Positions 10,656-19,239 of a stretch of DNA of 64,000 nt are shown one piece after another. Source of the DNA: SAR324 cluster bacterium REDSEA-S27_B3 (GTDB taxonomy: Bacteria > SAR324 > NAC60-12); assembly GCA_001627865.1 (NCBI GenBank), contig LUQO01000041.1, positions 6,284 to 70,283 of the forward strand, given 5' to 3'. A program made the translations under genes and the position numbers. A model generated the notes under the pieces. It saw only the letters and a list, made by a program, of their open reading frames with translations, did not search any database and was not told the origin of the DNA. Each line of letters opens with the position of its first letter. Position 1 is the first letter of the stretch.

Positions 10656-12644
10656 TTAATTACTCTTCAGAGCTTCCTTTGCCGTAGAAACAACTTTTTC
10701 TGTGGTTATCTCAAAATGCTTGAAGAGATCATTTCCAGGAGCAGAAGCACCAAAAGTGCTCATGCCGACGAATTTTCCATTTGTACCAATGTATTTACCC
10801 CAACTCTGCTCAACCGCAGCTTCCACAATTACAACCGGAACTCCAGGTTGCAGTACCTGATTCCTGTAGTCCTGAGTTTGTGTTTCAAATTTCTCAAGGC
10901 ATGGGATTGAAACAACAGCCGCAGAAATTCCCTCCTGCTTGAGCAAATCACTTGCTTCTACCGCTAAAGAAACCTCAGAACCGGAAGCCAGCAGGGTAAT
11001 ATCCCGCTGAGCTTCTGTATCTGACAAAATGTATCCGCCTTTAGCGCTTAAATTTTCGTCTGTATGCTCTTTTCTCAAGCATGGCAGTCCTTGACGGGAG
11101 AGAGACAGTATCGAAGGCGTTGCATTTGTTTCCAGTGCGGCAGCCCAGCATTCGGCTGTTTCAACAATATCGCATGGTCTGTAAACATTTAAATTCGGAA
11201 TTGCCCTAAGGCTGGCAAGGTGTTCCACAGGCTGGTGAGTGGGCCCATCTTCTCCCAAACCGATTGAATCATGTGTCATCACATAAATTACACGCTGCTG
11301 CATCAAGGCTGAAAGTCGAATTGCAGGCCTGCAGTAATCAGTAAAGATCAAAAAAGTTCCGCCATAAGGAATGAAACCTCCATGCAGAGCAATACCATTC
11401 ATGGCCGCAGCCATTCCATGCTCCCTAACGCCATAGTGAATGTAGCTACCGCTAAACTTGCCGGTAGCAACAGTTTGTTGCGTTTTGGCCTTAGTCAAAT
11501 TTGATCCGGTCAAGTCTGCTGAACCTCCGGCCAACTCCGGAATCACTTCGGCTAACACATTCAGAGTTTCCTGGCTTGCTTTACGGGAAGCCATTTTTGT
11601 TTTTTCTTCCGTGTGATTACGCTTAAAATTAAGCAGGGAAGATTCCCAATGCATGGGTAGTCTTCCGGAAATGAGGCGATCAAATTCATCCTTTTGTCCG
11701 GACTCATCCAGACGATTCTTCCAGGCTTTCACTTTATCACCATGCATTGCGCCAATTCTCCGCCACGCGCTGCCAACCGCCTGTGGAATTTCAAAAGGCT
11801 GATGCGGCCAATTCAGGCTTTCACGTGTAGCAACTATTTCTTCTTCGCCGAGTGGTGCTCCATGTGTCGCGGCGGTTCCGGCTTTGTTAGGAGAACCAAA
11901 ACCAATTGTGGTTTTACAGGCAATTAAAGACGGCTTGTCCAAAGAATCACGGGACTGGTTTATGGCCTGCTCAATTGCTTCCGGATCATGTCCGTCGCAA
12001 CTGGAAACATGCCAGCCGCAGGCTTCAAAACGCATCAGTTGATCGTCATTGACAGCAAGGTCTGTTGAACCGTCGATTGAAATTCCGTTATCGTCAAACA
12101 GTACTATCAATTTGCTAAGTCCCAAATGCCCCGCGAATGATGCTGCTTCGTGACTGATTCCTTCCATAAGACATCCATCACCTGCAATCACATAAGTGTA
12201 ATGATCAACAATGTCGCTGCCAAATCTTTCCGCAAGCATGCGTTCAGCCAATGCCATTCCTGCGGCATTCGCCAATCCTTGACCAAGCGGACCTGTTGTG
12301 GTTTCAATTCCTGCTCCATGTCCAAATTCAGGATGTCCGGCAGTTCTTGATCCCAACTGTCGGAAATTTTTAATTTCATCCAAACTGAAATCACTGTATC
12401 CGTTCAGATGAAGCAGGGCATAAAGAAGCATTGAGCCATGTCCTGCGGACAAAATTAAACGGTCCCTGTCAGGCCAGTCCGGATCACTTGCGCTAAAATT
12501 CAGAAATCGGGAGTACAAAACAGTAGCCACATCTGCCATGCCCATCGGCATCCCAGGGTGTCCCGAATTTGCTTTCTGTACCGCATCCGCGGCTAAAAAA
12601 CGCAGTGCGTTCGCCATTTCCTGATGGCTTGGTGAAGAAGTCAT
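10656..12644 (-). CDS. tkt: Transketolase
   Basis: 662 aa. TPP-binding motifs SGHPG, GHGS, GPLGQG, GDGCLMEGIS and THDSIGLGEDGPTHQP. Confidence 0.95.
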   Translation of the reverse strand: MTSSPSHQEMANALRFLAADAVQKANSGHPGMPMGMADVATVLYSRFLNFSASDPDWPDRDRLILSAGHGSMLLYALLHLNGYSDFSLDEIKNFRQLGSRTAGHPEFGHGAGIETTTGPLGQGLANAAGMALAERMLAERFGSDIVDHYTYVIAGDGCLMEGISHEAASFAGHLGLSKLIVLFDDNGISIDGSTDLAVNDDQLMRFEACGWHVSSCDGHDPEAIEQAINQSRDSLDKPSLIACKTTIGFGSPNKAGTAATHGAPLGEEEIVATRESLNWPHQPFEIPQAVGSAWRRIGAMHGDKVKAWKNRLDESGQKDEFDRLISGRLPMHWESSLLNFKRNHTEEKTKMASRKASQETLNVLAEVIPELAGGSADLTGSNLTKAKTQQTVATGKFSGSYIHYGVREHGMAAAMNGIALHGGFIPYGGTFLIFTDYCRPAIRLSALMQQRVIYVMTHDSIGLGEDGPTHQPVEHLASLRAIPNLNVYRPCDIVETAECWAAALETNATPSILSLSRQGLPCLRKEHTDENLSAKGGYILSDTEAQRDITLLASGSEVSLAVEASDLLKQEGISAAVVSIPCLEKFETQTQDYRNQVLQPGVPVVIVEAAVEQSWGKYIGTNGKFVGMSTFGASAPGNDLFKHFEITTEKVVSTAKEALKSN

Positions 12645-12720
12645 AGTTCCTATATTTTTGAAATGTTTAATGAATATATGTTACAGTTTTCATCATCTCT
12701 CAATTCAATTTGTCATGAAT

Positions 12721-13659
12721 TTATATTGCATGATGTCCCAACGCGGCCTTAACCATGTGATAGGCTACCAGAAGTTGGGTCAGCATAAGAGGATGACTTA
12801 TGATATTAATTTTTTCCAATTCTTCAATGGAACGTGTATTTTCTCGCAAATGCTGCGCTTCCGGGATAAGTCCCCATAATAATTCCTCAATCTTGCTCGC
12901 ACGATGTGTTTCAATACTTCCGTGTATATCCAGGATATCAACCGGTTTGCCGTCTCTATCCCGAGCCAAATCAAGAGAAATACCTGTGCTAACTCCAACA
13001 TCCAGCAAAGAGGTCAGGTCAGGATGAGGCAAAGTTGGTCTTAAGGTGTGCTTAACATTTAGTGCCGGACCAATCTCATCTTCCTTACCCTGTGGCCGAT
13101 AAAACTGAATGGCCATATCAGCAAATGTTCGCTGAGGCTGGATAAAGGCCGGACTGTCATCTTTACGTTTTTCCAGAGACGCCAGCACTTGTTCTTCTGT
13201 GTATCCACGTTTGGTTGTATCTCTTATTACTTTCCAGCGGACACGCAGCTCTTCTTCCGGATCCAAATATATTTTTACATCATAGTTGTTACGCATTGTC
13301 CTGGTGCTGAATCCCAGCAATCCTTCAACAACCACATAAGGTTTTGGTTCAATATACTGAGCAGCCTGGAATGTACCGTCGTGATGACTGTAAACAGGTT
13401 TGATAATCGCTTGTCCGTTGCGCAAACTTATCAGATCTTTTTCAATAATATCCAGATAGTTGCATTTAGGATCCAGTGCGGATGTTCCATTTTCTGCACG
13501 TTGAGCACGATTGTACTTGTGATAATCATCAGTACAAATTGTAACAACTTGTTCTTTACCGAGGATTTCCGCAACTCCGGCAGCAAGCGTGGTTTTGCCT
13601 GCAGCAGAATCTCCTACAATCCCGAGAATGATCGGGCGATCAACACGGTTTTTCGGCAT
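12721..13659 (-). CDS. prk: Phosphoribulokinase, resembling the cyanobacterial/plant/archaeal (class II) lineage rather than the proteobacterial CbbP type
   Basis: 312 aa. P-loop GIVGDSAAGKTT, then TICTDDYH and ALDP; colinear with cyanobacterial PRK as recalled from memory. It sits in the cbb operon. Confidence 0.85.
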   Translation of the reverse strand: MPKNRVDRPIILGIVGDSAAGKTTLAAGVAEILGKEQVVTICTDDYHKYNRAQRAENGTSALDPKCNYLDIIEKDLISLRNGQAIIKPVYSHHDGTFQAAQYIEPKPYVVVEGLLGFSTRTMRNNYDVKIYLDPEEELRVRWKVIRDTTKRGYTEEQVLASLEKRKDDSPAFIQPQRTFADMAIQFYRPQGKEDEIGPALNVKHTLRPTLPHPDLTSLLDVGVSTGISLDLARDRDGKPVDILDIHGSIETHRASKIEELLWGLIPEAQHLRENTRSIEELEKINIISHPLMLTQLLVAYHMVKAALGHHAI

Positions 13660-13768
13660 GTTTCTTCTCGTTTAATGATCTGGTTTCAAATAGTAAAAAA
13701 AATAAATGACTTGAAGCAAGGCAAAATCCAAATTTTTCCTTAAATTTCTTCCTGAGAGTTATGTTGGT

Positions 13769-14728
13769 TCAGCGGCTGTGCCAGTTAGTCAGAGATACCA
13801 TTTCTTTTGTTGTTCCCGTCAGAATCAGGGTTTCTGTACGGAAATAGTGTTTTGCGCTTTTAACACCGCTGAAAAGCAGTCCGGATGTTATGCCAGTTGC
13901 ACAAAAATGAACATCTTCTGATCCAATCAATTCATCTCGATCATACCAGCGGCTGGTATCAATACCGGCTTCCCTGACTCGTACAATCTCTGTGGCAAGC
14001 TGTGGATCCATTCGTCCCATGAATTCACCTCCCATAGCACGAATCGCGCAGGCAGAAAGGATCCCTTCCGGAGTTCCACCGGTTCCCATCAGCACATCTA
14101 TTTCAGAATCGGGCATTACTGCCATCAATGCGCCTGCCACATCTCCGGCAGGATAGAGGGACACTCGTGCTCCTGCCTGGTATATTTCTTCCACGAGATT
14201 TCTGTGTCTTGGTTTATCCAAAACAAAAACTGTTATACTTTCTAAATCTTTCTCAAGCAGCTTGGCCACGGTACGCAGTTTTTTCTCCGTACTCCAATCC
14301 ATTTTAATCTTTCCTCTGGTCTCCGCGGGGGCAGAGAATTTTTCCATATAAAACGCTGGCCCGGGATCAAACATGGTTCCTTTTGGAGATATAGCTATAA
14401 CTGACATGGCGTTTGTCTGTCCTTCAGCCAAATAAGTTGTTCCCTCTACGGGATCAACAGCAATGTCAAGATGATTTGAAGTAGTCGCGTCTCCAAATAC
14501 TTCCCCATTGTACATTTTAGGGGCATCGTCTTTTTCACCCTCACCAATAACCACGGTGCCGTTCAGTTTTAATTCCTTCAAGGACGACCGCATTGCTTCA
14601 ACTGCCGCATTGTCTCCCCCTTTTTTATCTCCCCGTCCGATCCATTTGTAGGATGCAAGAGCGGCTCTTTCAGTGACTTTGCGCAGCAAGTAAGGAAATA
14701 TTAAATCGTGGGTGTCCACGCTTTCCAT
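13769..14728 (-). CDS. glpX: Class II fructose-1,6-bisphosphatase (GlpX type; likely FBPase/SBPase of the cycle)
   Basis: Motifs VTERAALASYKWIGRGDKK, VVIGEGEKDDAP and DPVEGT. I place the start at the internal ATG (MESVDTHD...) by comparison with the GlpX N-terminus; the ORF track extends to a GTG at 14791. Confidence 0.88.
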   Translation of the reverse strand: MESVDTHDLIFPYLLRKVTERAALASYKWIGRGDKKGGDNAAVEAMRSSLKELKLNGTVVIGEGEKDDAPKMYNGEVFGDATTSNHLDIAVDPVEGTTYLAEGQTNAMSVIAISPKGTMFDPGPAFYMEKFSAPAETRGKIKMDWSTEKKLRTVAKLLEKDLESITVFVLDKPRHRNLVEEIYQAGARVSLYPAGDVAGALMAVMPDSEIDVLMGTGGTPEGILSACAIRAMGGEFMGRMDPQLATEIVRVREAGIDTSRWYDRDELIGSEDVHFCATGITSGLLFSGVKSAKHYFRTETLILTGTTKEMVSLTNWHSR

Positions 14729-14840
14729 TTCAGTTTTTTCAAAAAATATTGTGAAAAGTTGTGCTTGGCGTAAATGGTACTTTAACACCAATGATATGAA
14801 AACACTCTAAAAGGTGGGTGGTTAAATTCTTATAAGTGGG

Positions 14841-14868
14841 ACAAAACTACCCGAAAGGGTAGTTTTGT
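14841..14868 (-). terminator. Intrinsic (rho-independent) terminator after purD, separating the pur and cbb transcription units
   Basis: The minus-strand RNA reads ACAAAACUACCC-UUUC-GGGUAGUUUUGU. This is a perfect 12-bp palindrome with a GC core (CUACCC/GGGUAG), a U-tract on the 3-prime side and an A-tract on the 5-prime side. It lies 9 nt after the purD stop codon. Confidence 0.6.
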
Positions 14869-14876
14869 AAAAATGA

Positions 14877-16139
14877 CTATAAGTTCAATGCCTTAGCAGC
14901 AATATCAGTGCGAAAATGTTTGCCTTCAAAACTTATTTCTTCCATCAGCCCATAAGAATGCTTTCTTGCTTCAGCAATGTCTGCGCCTTGAGCAGTAACA
15001 CCAAAAACACGGCCTCCGTTTGTTACAAGCTGTTCATTACTGAGTGCCGTGCCTGCGTGAAAAATCTGTGTGTTGCCTGTGAAAGATTGAGGTAGTGTTA
15101 TCGGAAGTCCTTTGGTGGGCGGTCCGGGGTAGCCCGGTGCAGCCGCGATCACACACACAGAAGCTCCCGGTTTCCATGATAAATCAATTTCGTGAAGCCG
15201 TTTTTCCACTACAGCCAACATTACTTCTGCTAAATCATTTTCCAATCTTGGCAAAATAACCTGTGCTTCAGGATCGCCGAAACGCACATTGAACTCAATC
15301 ACTATTGGTCCATTTCCCGTGAGCATCAGCCCCGCGTAAAGTATGCCGCTGTAAGGTTTTCCTTCGGCTGCCAATCCTTGCGCCACAGGTCTGAGAATAC
15401 GTCTCTCTATCTCAGGCAGCCATTTTTCAAGATGTGGTACAGGAGAATACGCTCCCATGCCTCCTGTATTTGGCCCACGATCATCGTCAAAAACAGGTTT
15501 GTGATCTTGTGAAGGAACCATCGGCAATACTGTCTCACCATCAACAAAAGCCAAAACTGTCATTTCCTCTCCAAATAAACATTCCTCAATCACAACCTTT
15601 GTTCCGGAGTCACCAAAAACCTTGTCCAGCATGGCTGCTTTCAATGCTGCTTCAGCTTGTTCAATTGTTTCTGCCACAGTCACACCCTTGCCTGCTGCCA
15701 GACCATCAGCTTTGATCACAATCGGTGTGCCTATCTCATTTACGTAATTCAACGCCTGCTGATAATCATCATGTTCCAAGTATGATGCAGTGGGAACATT
15801 GAACCGTTCCATAACTTTTTTAGCATATGCTTTACTTCCCTCCAAGCGGGCAGATTCGAGGTTCGGACCAAAAATTGACAAGTTTCTTTTTTCAAAAACA
15901 TCCACAATTCCAAGACTCAAAGGATCTTCCGGACCAACCACAGTTAAATCAATCCTGTTGGTTTCCGCGAAATCAGCTAATTCCTGAATCTTGTTGGCCT
16001 GTATCGTCACACATTCAGCTAATGCTTTAATTCCGGGATTCCCGGGAGCACAAAAAATCTTGTGCTTGGTATTATCCGATTTGAACTTCCAGACCAATGC
16101 GTGCTCGCGGCCACCACCGCCAATAACCAAAATTTTCAT
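14877..16139 (-). CDS. purD: Phosphoribosylamine-glycine ligase
   Basis: 420 aa. ATP-grasp fold, N-terminal MKILVIGGGGREHAL, and GPNTGGMGAYSP. Confidence 0.95.
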   Translation of the reverse strand: MKILVIGGGGREHALVWKFKSDNTKHKIFCAPGNPGIKALAECVTIQANKIQELADFAETNRIDLTVVGPEDPLSLGIVDVFEKRNLSIFGPNLESARLEGSKAYAKKVMERFNVPTASYLEHDDYQQALNYVNEIGTPIVIKADGLAAGKGVTVAETIEQAEAALKAAMLDKVFGDSGTKVVIEECLFGEEMTVLAFVDGETVLPMVPSQDHKPVFDDDRGPNTGGMGAYSPVPHLEKWLPEIERRILRPVAQGLAAEGKPYSGILYAGLMLTGNGPIVIEFNVRFGDPEAQVILPRLENDLAEVMLAVVEKRLHEIDLSWKPGASVCVIAAAPGYPGPPTKGLPITLPQSFTGNTQIFHAGTALSNEQLVTNGGRVFGVTAQGADIAEARKHSYGLMEEISFEGKHFRTDIAAKALNL

Positions 16140-16715
16140 TTACATTTCCTGTTGTAATTGCTGAATTGCCCGCGGCAGCAATTTGTGCTCAACCTGATGA
16201 ATTTTTTCTGACAAAGATTCCTCGGTATCATCCGCATTTACCTTCACTTTCTGCTGCAAATATATTTGCCCTGTGTCCATTCCCTCATCTACAAAATGCA
16301 CAGTAACTCCGGTTTCATTTACCTTTGCCCTCCATGCCTGGCCGATGGCGTCCTTACCCGGAAACGAAGGCAGCAGTGAAGGATGCAAATTAATCATCCG
16401 GCCTTCCAACTGTTCCAGTAAAACAGGGCCAACAAGACGCATGTAGCCTGCGAGCACAACAAGATCTATTTTGGCTTGATCCAGCTTTTCGCCAATTGCG
16501 GATTCAAAAGCATTTTTGTCTTTAAAATCCGCAGGGCGAAAAATGAAACTCTGAATATTACGATTGTTAAGATGTTCTACAACAGGGGCATCCGGACGAT
16601 CGCAGACTGCCAGTTCAAGGGTGACACCTTGAAGGTTGCCTGAAAGAATTGCATCGTGAATTGCCAGCAAATTAGAACCGCGACCTGAGGCAAAAACCGC
16701 AATCCTCATGCTCAT
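16140..16715 (-). CDS. purN: Phosphoribosylglycinamide formyltransferase
   Basis: Motifs [26 protein letters not shown] and [11 protein letters not shown]. The ATG at 16715 overlaps the purM stop as ATGA. ATGs at 16724 and 16709 are alternative starts. Confidence 0.88.
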   Translation of the reverse strand: MSMRIAVFASGRGSNLLAIHDAILSGNLQGVTLELAVCDRPDAPVVEHLNNRNIQSFIFRPADFKDKNAFESAIGEKLDQAKIDLVVLAGYMRLVGPVLLEQLEGRMINLHPSLLPSFPGKDAIGQAWRAKVNETGVTVHFVDEGMDTGQIYLQQKVKVNADDTEESLSEKIHQVEHKLLPRAIQQLQQEM

Positions 16716-17653
16716 CTCCAGCATACTTCAGTTTTATTCCCGGAAACAATCTGCCCAGGATACAGTTCTTCATCCGGAAGTCTGCTTATTTTCCGGAGCA
16801 AAGAAAATACCGGCAATTCCGGCCATGAGTTCTTCATTATTTCAGCCGAAGGGACAAAACCATCACTGGTGTTTACCGGAAGCATTCGAGGGACATTCCC
16901 GGGAAGACCGCCTCCTGTGATATGCGACATGCCGCGTATTTCAATTTTTTTCAATAATTTCAAAATCGGCTTCACGTAAATTCTGGTGGGAGTAAGCAGC
17001 GCTTCCGCCAAAGTTTCATTTGTTCCGGACAATTTCTGATTCAGGTTCAGACTCTCCTGTTCAATTATTCTATTTACCAGTGAAAAACCGTTGCTGTGAA
17101 TTCCATTGGACGGTAATCCCAGCAAAACATCACCTGCCTCAATCCTGCTTCCATCTATCAGTTTTTCTTTCTCTACCACACCAACCGCGAAACCGGCAAG
17201 GTCATATTCTTCATCTTCATACATTCCCGGCATTTCAGCAGTTTCTCCTCCAAGCAATGCGGCACCTGACTGAATGCAGCCTTCGCTGATTCCGCCAACA
17301 ATACTTTCAACTTGCTCCGGAAGCAACTTCCCGCAGGCAAGATAGTCCAGAAAAAACAGCGGTTCAGCGCCCTGTACCAGAATATCATTCACACACATGG
17401 CCACCAGATCAATACCGATGCTGTCGTGACGGTCCAGCTCAAATGCCAGTTTTAGTTTTGTACCAACCCCATCTGTTCCAGAAACCAGTACAGGATTTTT
17501 GTAACCGGATTTTTCCAGTGAAAATAATCCTCCGAAACCTCCAAGACCACTCATTACTTCCGGACGCAGTGTTCTTTTTGCCAGAGGTTTCAGCTTTTGA
17601 ACAGCCTCATCTGCGGCTGCTAAATCAACTCCGGCTTTCTTGTATGCTTTCAA
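16712..17653 (-). CDS. purM: Phosphoribosylformylglycinamidine cyclo-ligase (AIR synthase), unusually short at the C-terminus
   Basis: Motifs [50 protein letters not shown]. 313 aa, ending about 35 aa short of canonical PurM (see findings). Confidence 0.85.
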   Translation of the reverse strand: MKAYKKAGVDLAAADEAVQKLKPLAKRTLRPEVMSGLGGFGGLFSLEKSGYKNPVLVSGTDGVGTKLKLAFELDRHDSIGIDLVAMCVNDILVQGAEPLFFLDYLACGKLLPEQVESIVGGISEGCIQSGAALLGGETAEMPGMYEDEEYDLAGFAVGVVEKEKLIDGSRIEAGDVLLGLPSNGIHSNGFSLVNRIIEQESLNLNQKLSGTNETLAEALLTPTRIYVKPILKLLKKIEIRGMSHITGGGLPGNVPRMLPVNTSDGFVPSAEIMKNSWPELPVFSLLRKISRLPDEELYPGQIVSGNKTEVCWR

Positions 17654-17717
17654 TTTTGCTATGTCCTGGAGTATTTAAGGTCTTCTGAAAAATGAAAATA
17701 AGATTTTTAGAGGAAAT

Positions 17718-19067
17718 TCAACAAGTATTTGTGGGATAGTTGCCGCTAAAACAGGCCAGACAGTGCCCGCGGTTTTTTGAGGAATCATTTCTGTCAGTCG
17801 CAGAAATCATTCCCTTTTCGGACAGAAAATGCAGTGAGTCAGCTCCTATTTTTTCACAAATTTCTTCAGGCGTTTTTGTTGCCGAAATTAGTTCCATGCG
17901 CCTTGCAGTATCAATCCCATACAAGCAGGGAAACATAATCGGCGGGGATGTGACGCGCATGTGTACCTCAGTGGCACCGGCATTTTTAAGAATTTCAACT
18001 ATACGTCCACTGGTTGTACCACGCACAATTGAATCATCTACCAGAATCACACGTTTTCCTTCTACTGCCTGACGCACAACACTCAGCTTCATGCGCACAC
18101 CTTTGCGTCGTAACTCCTGGTCAGGCTGGATAAATGTACGCCCCACATAACGGTTTTTCATCATCCCAAGTTCGTAGGGATATCCGGATTCCTCTGCATA
18201 ACCTATAGCCGCGGCCAGTCCTGAATCAGGGACTCCTATCACAACATCTGCTTCAGTTGGCATTTCACGGCATATTTGACGACCTAATTCTTTTCGAACT
18301 TTGTGTACGCTGTTCTCGTCTATTTCACTGTCGGGACGCGCAAAATAGATATATTCAAATGAACAAATCGAACGGGGATTTGGCTCAACGAATGAACTTG
18401 AGTGCAACCCGTCCTTGTCAATCACCAGCATTTCACCCGGTTCAATTTCCCGCACAAACTTTGCCCCGCAAACATCATGAGCGCAGGTTTCTGATGCTAC
18501 CAGCCAGCCATCATCAAGCTTTCCCAGTGATAAAGGGTGAAAACCTCGCGGATCCTGAGCTGCTACCAGCTGTGTTTCAGTCATGAACAAAAGTGCATAC
18601 GCCCCTTCTATTCGCCTGAAGGCTTCCTGAACTGCTTTTCTGATGGGCGGTCCGGCACGCGCGATCAGATGAGGAATAACTTCGGTGTCACTGTTTGTCT
18701 GAAAAATCGAACCTTGCCGTTCCAGATCAGTACGCAGACTCCTGGCATTTACCAGATTACCGTTGTGTGCTATCGCGACTTGACCGCCTGTATAGCGAAA
18801 CACCAGCGGCTGCGCGTTCAGTAATCCGCTGTCACCGGTGGTTGTGTAGCGTACATGTCCAATTCCGATATTTCCATTAAGCTGATTATGCTGATCCTGC
18901 CCAAATGCTTCAGTAACAAGACCAGCGCCGCGATGCGTGTGAAATTTTGTTCCATCTGATACGCAAATTCCGGCGCTCTCCTGCCCGCGATGTTGCAACG
19001 AATGCAGTCCGAAATAAGTCAATTCCGCCGCCTGGGGATGATTAAAGACCCCTAATATTCCACACAT
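17718..19067 (-). CDS. purF: Amidophosphoribosyltransferase
   Basis: N-terminal nucleophile MCGILGV, LQHRGQESAGI, the PRPP loop VILVDDSIVRGTT, and C-terminal Cys ligands (CLACFSGNYP). Confidence 0.95.
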   Translation of the reverse strand: MCGILGVFNHPQAAELTYFGLHSLQHRGQESAGICVSDGTKFHTHRGAGLVTEAFGQDQHNQLNGNIGIGHVRYTTTGDSGLLNAQPLVFRYTGGQVAIAHNGNLVNARSLRTDLERQGSIFQTNSDTEVIPHLIARAGPPIRKAVQEAFRRIEGAYALLFMTETQLVAAQDPRGFHPLSLGKLDDGWLVASETCAHDVCGAKFVREIEPGEMLVIDKDGLHSSSFVEPNPRSICSFEYIYFARPDSEIDENSVHKVRKELGRQICREMPTEADVVIGVPDSGLAAAIGYAEESGYPYELGMMKNRYVGRTFIQPDQELRRKGVRMKLSVVRQAVEGKRVILVDDSIVRGTTSGRIVEILKNAGATEVHMRVTSPPIMFPCLYGIDTARRMELISATKTPEEICEKIGADSLHFLSEKGMISATDRNDSSKNRGHCLACFSGNYPTNTC

Positions 19068-19173
19068 CTAAAAGTTCAAAAAAAGGTGATGACTATGCAA
19101 AAAGAAAAAAACGACCTCATTTGTTATTTTCTCGAAAGTAGTAATCCTTTAATTCAGACACTTACAGGATTCT

Positions 19174-19200
19174 GGATTCTCGCTTTTGCGGGAATGACAC
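19174..19200. repeat. REP-like palindromic element (family GTCATTCCCGC...GCGGGAATGAC), copy 1
   Basis: ggattctcgcttttgcgggaatgacac lies in the purL-purF intergenic gap. It shares the gcgggaatgac arm with the copies at 37994-38019 and 40318-40343. Confidence 0.6.
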
Positions 19201-19239
19201 TTTTACTAAACAATTAAAATCTAACTGTATATAAAAAAA

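Noticed and set aside
13189-13743. A 184-aa plus-strand ORF antisense to prk. Similar antisense ORFs occur at 6909-7409, 21614-22090 and 51679-52260.
   Set aside because: Each overlaps a well-supported enzyme gene on the other strand, and none has a recognisable motif.
14729-14791. N-terminal extension of glpX from a GTG at 14791 (MVLKYHLRQAQLFTIFFEKTE).
   Set aside because: GlpX homologs begin about 10-14 residues before the VTE.AAL motif, which fits the internal ATG at 14728. The extension is hydrophobic and has no counterpart in homologs.
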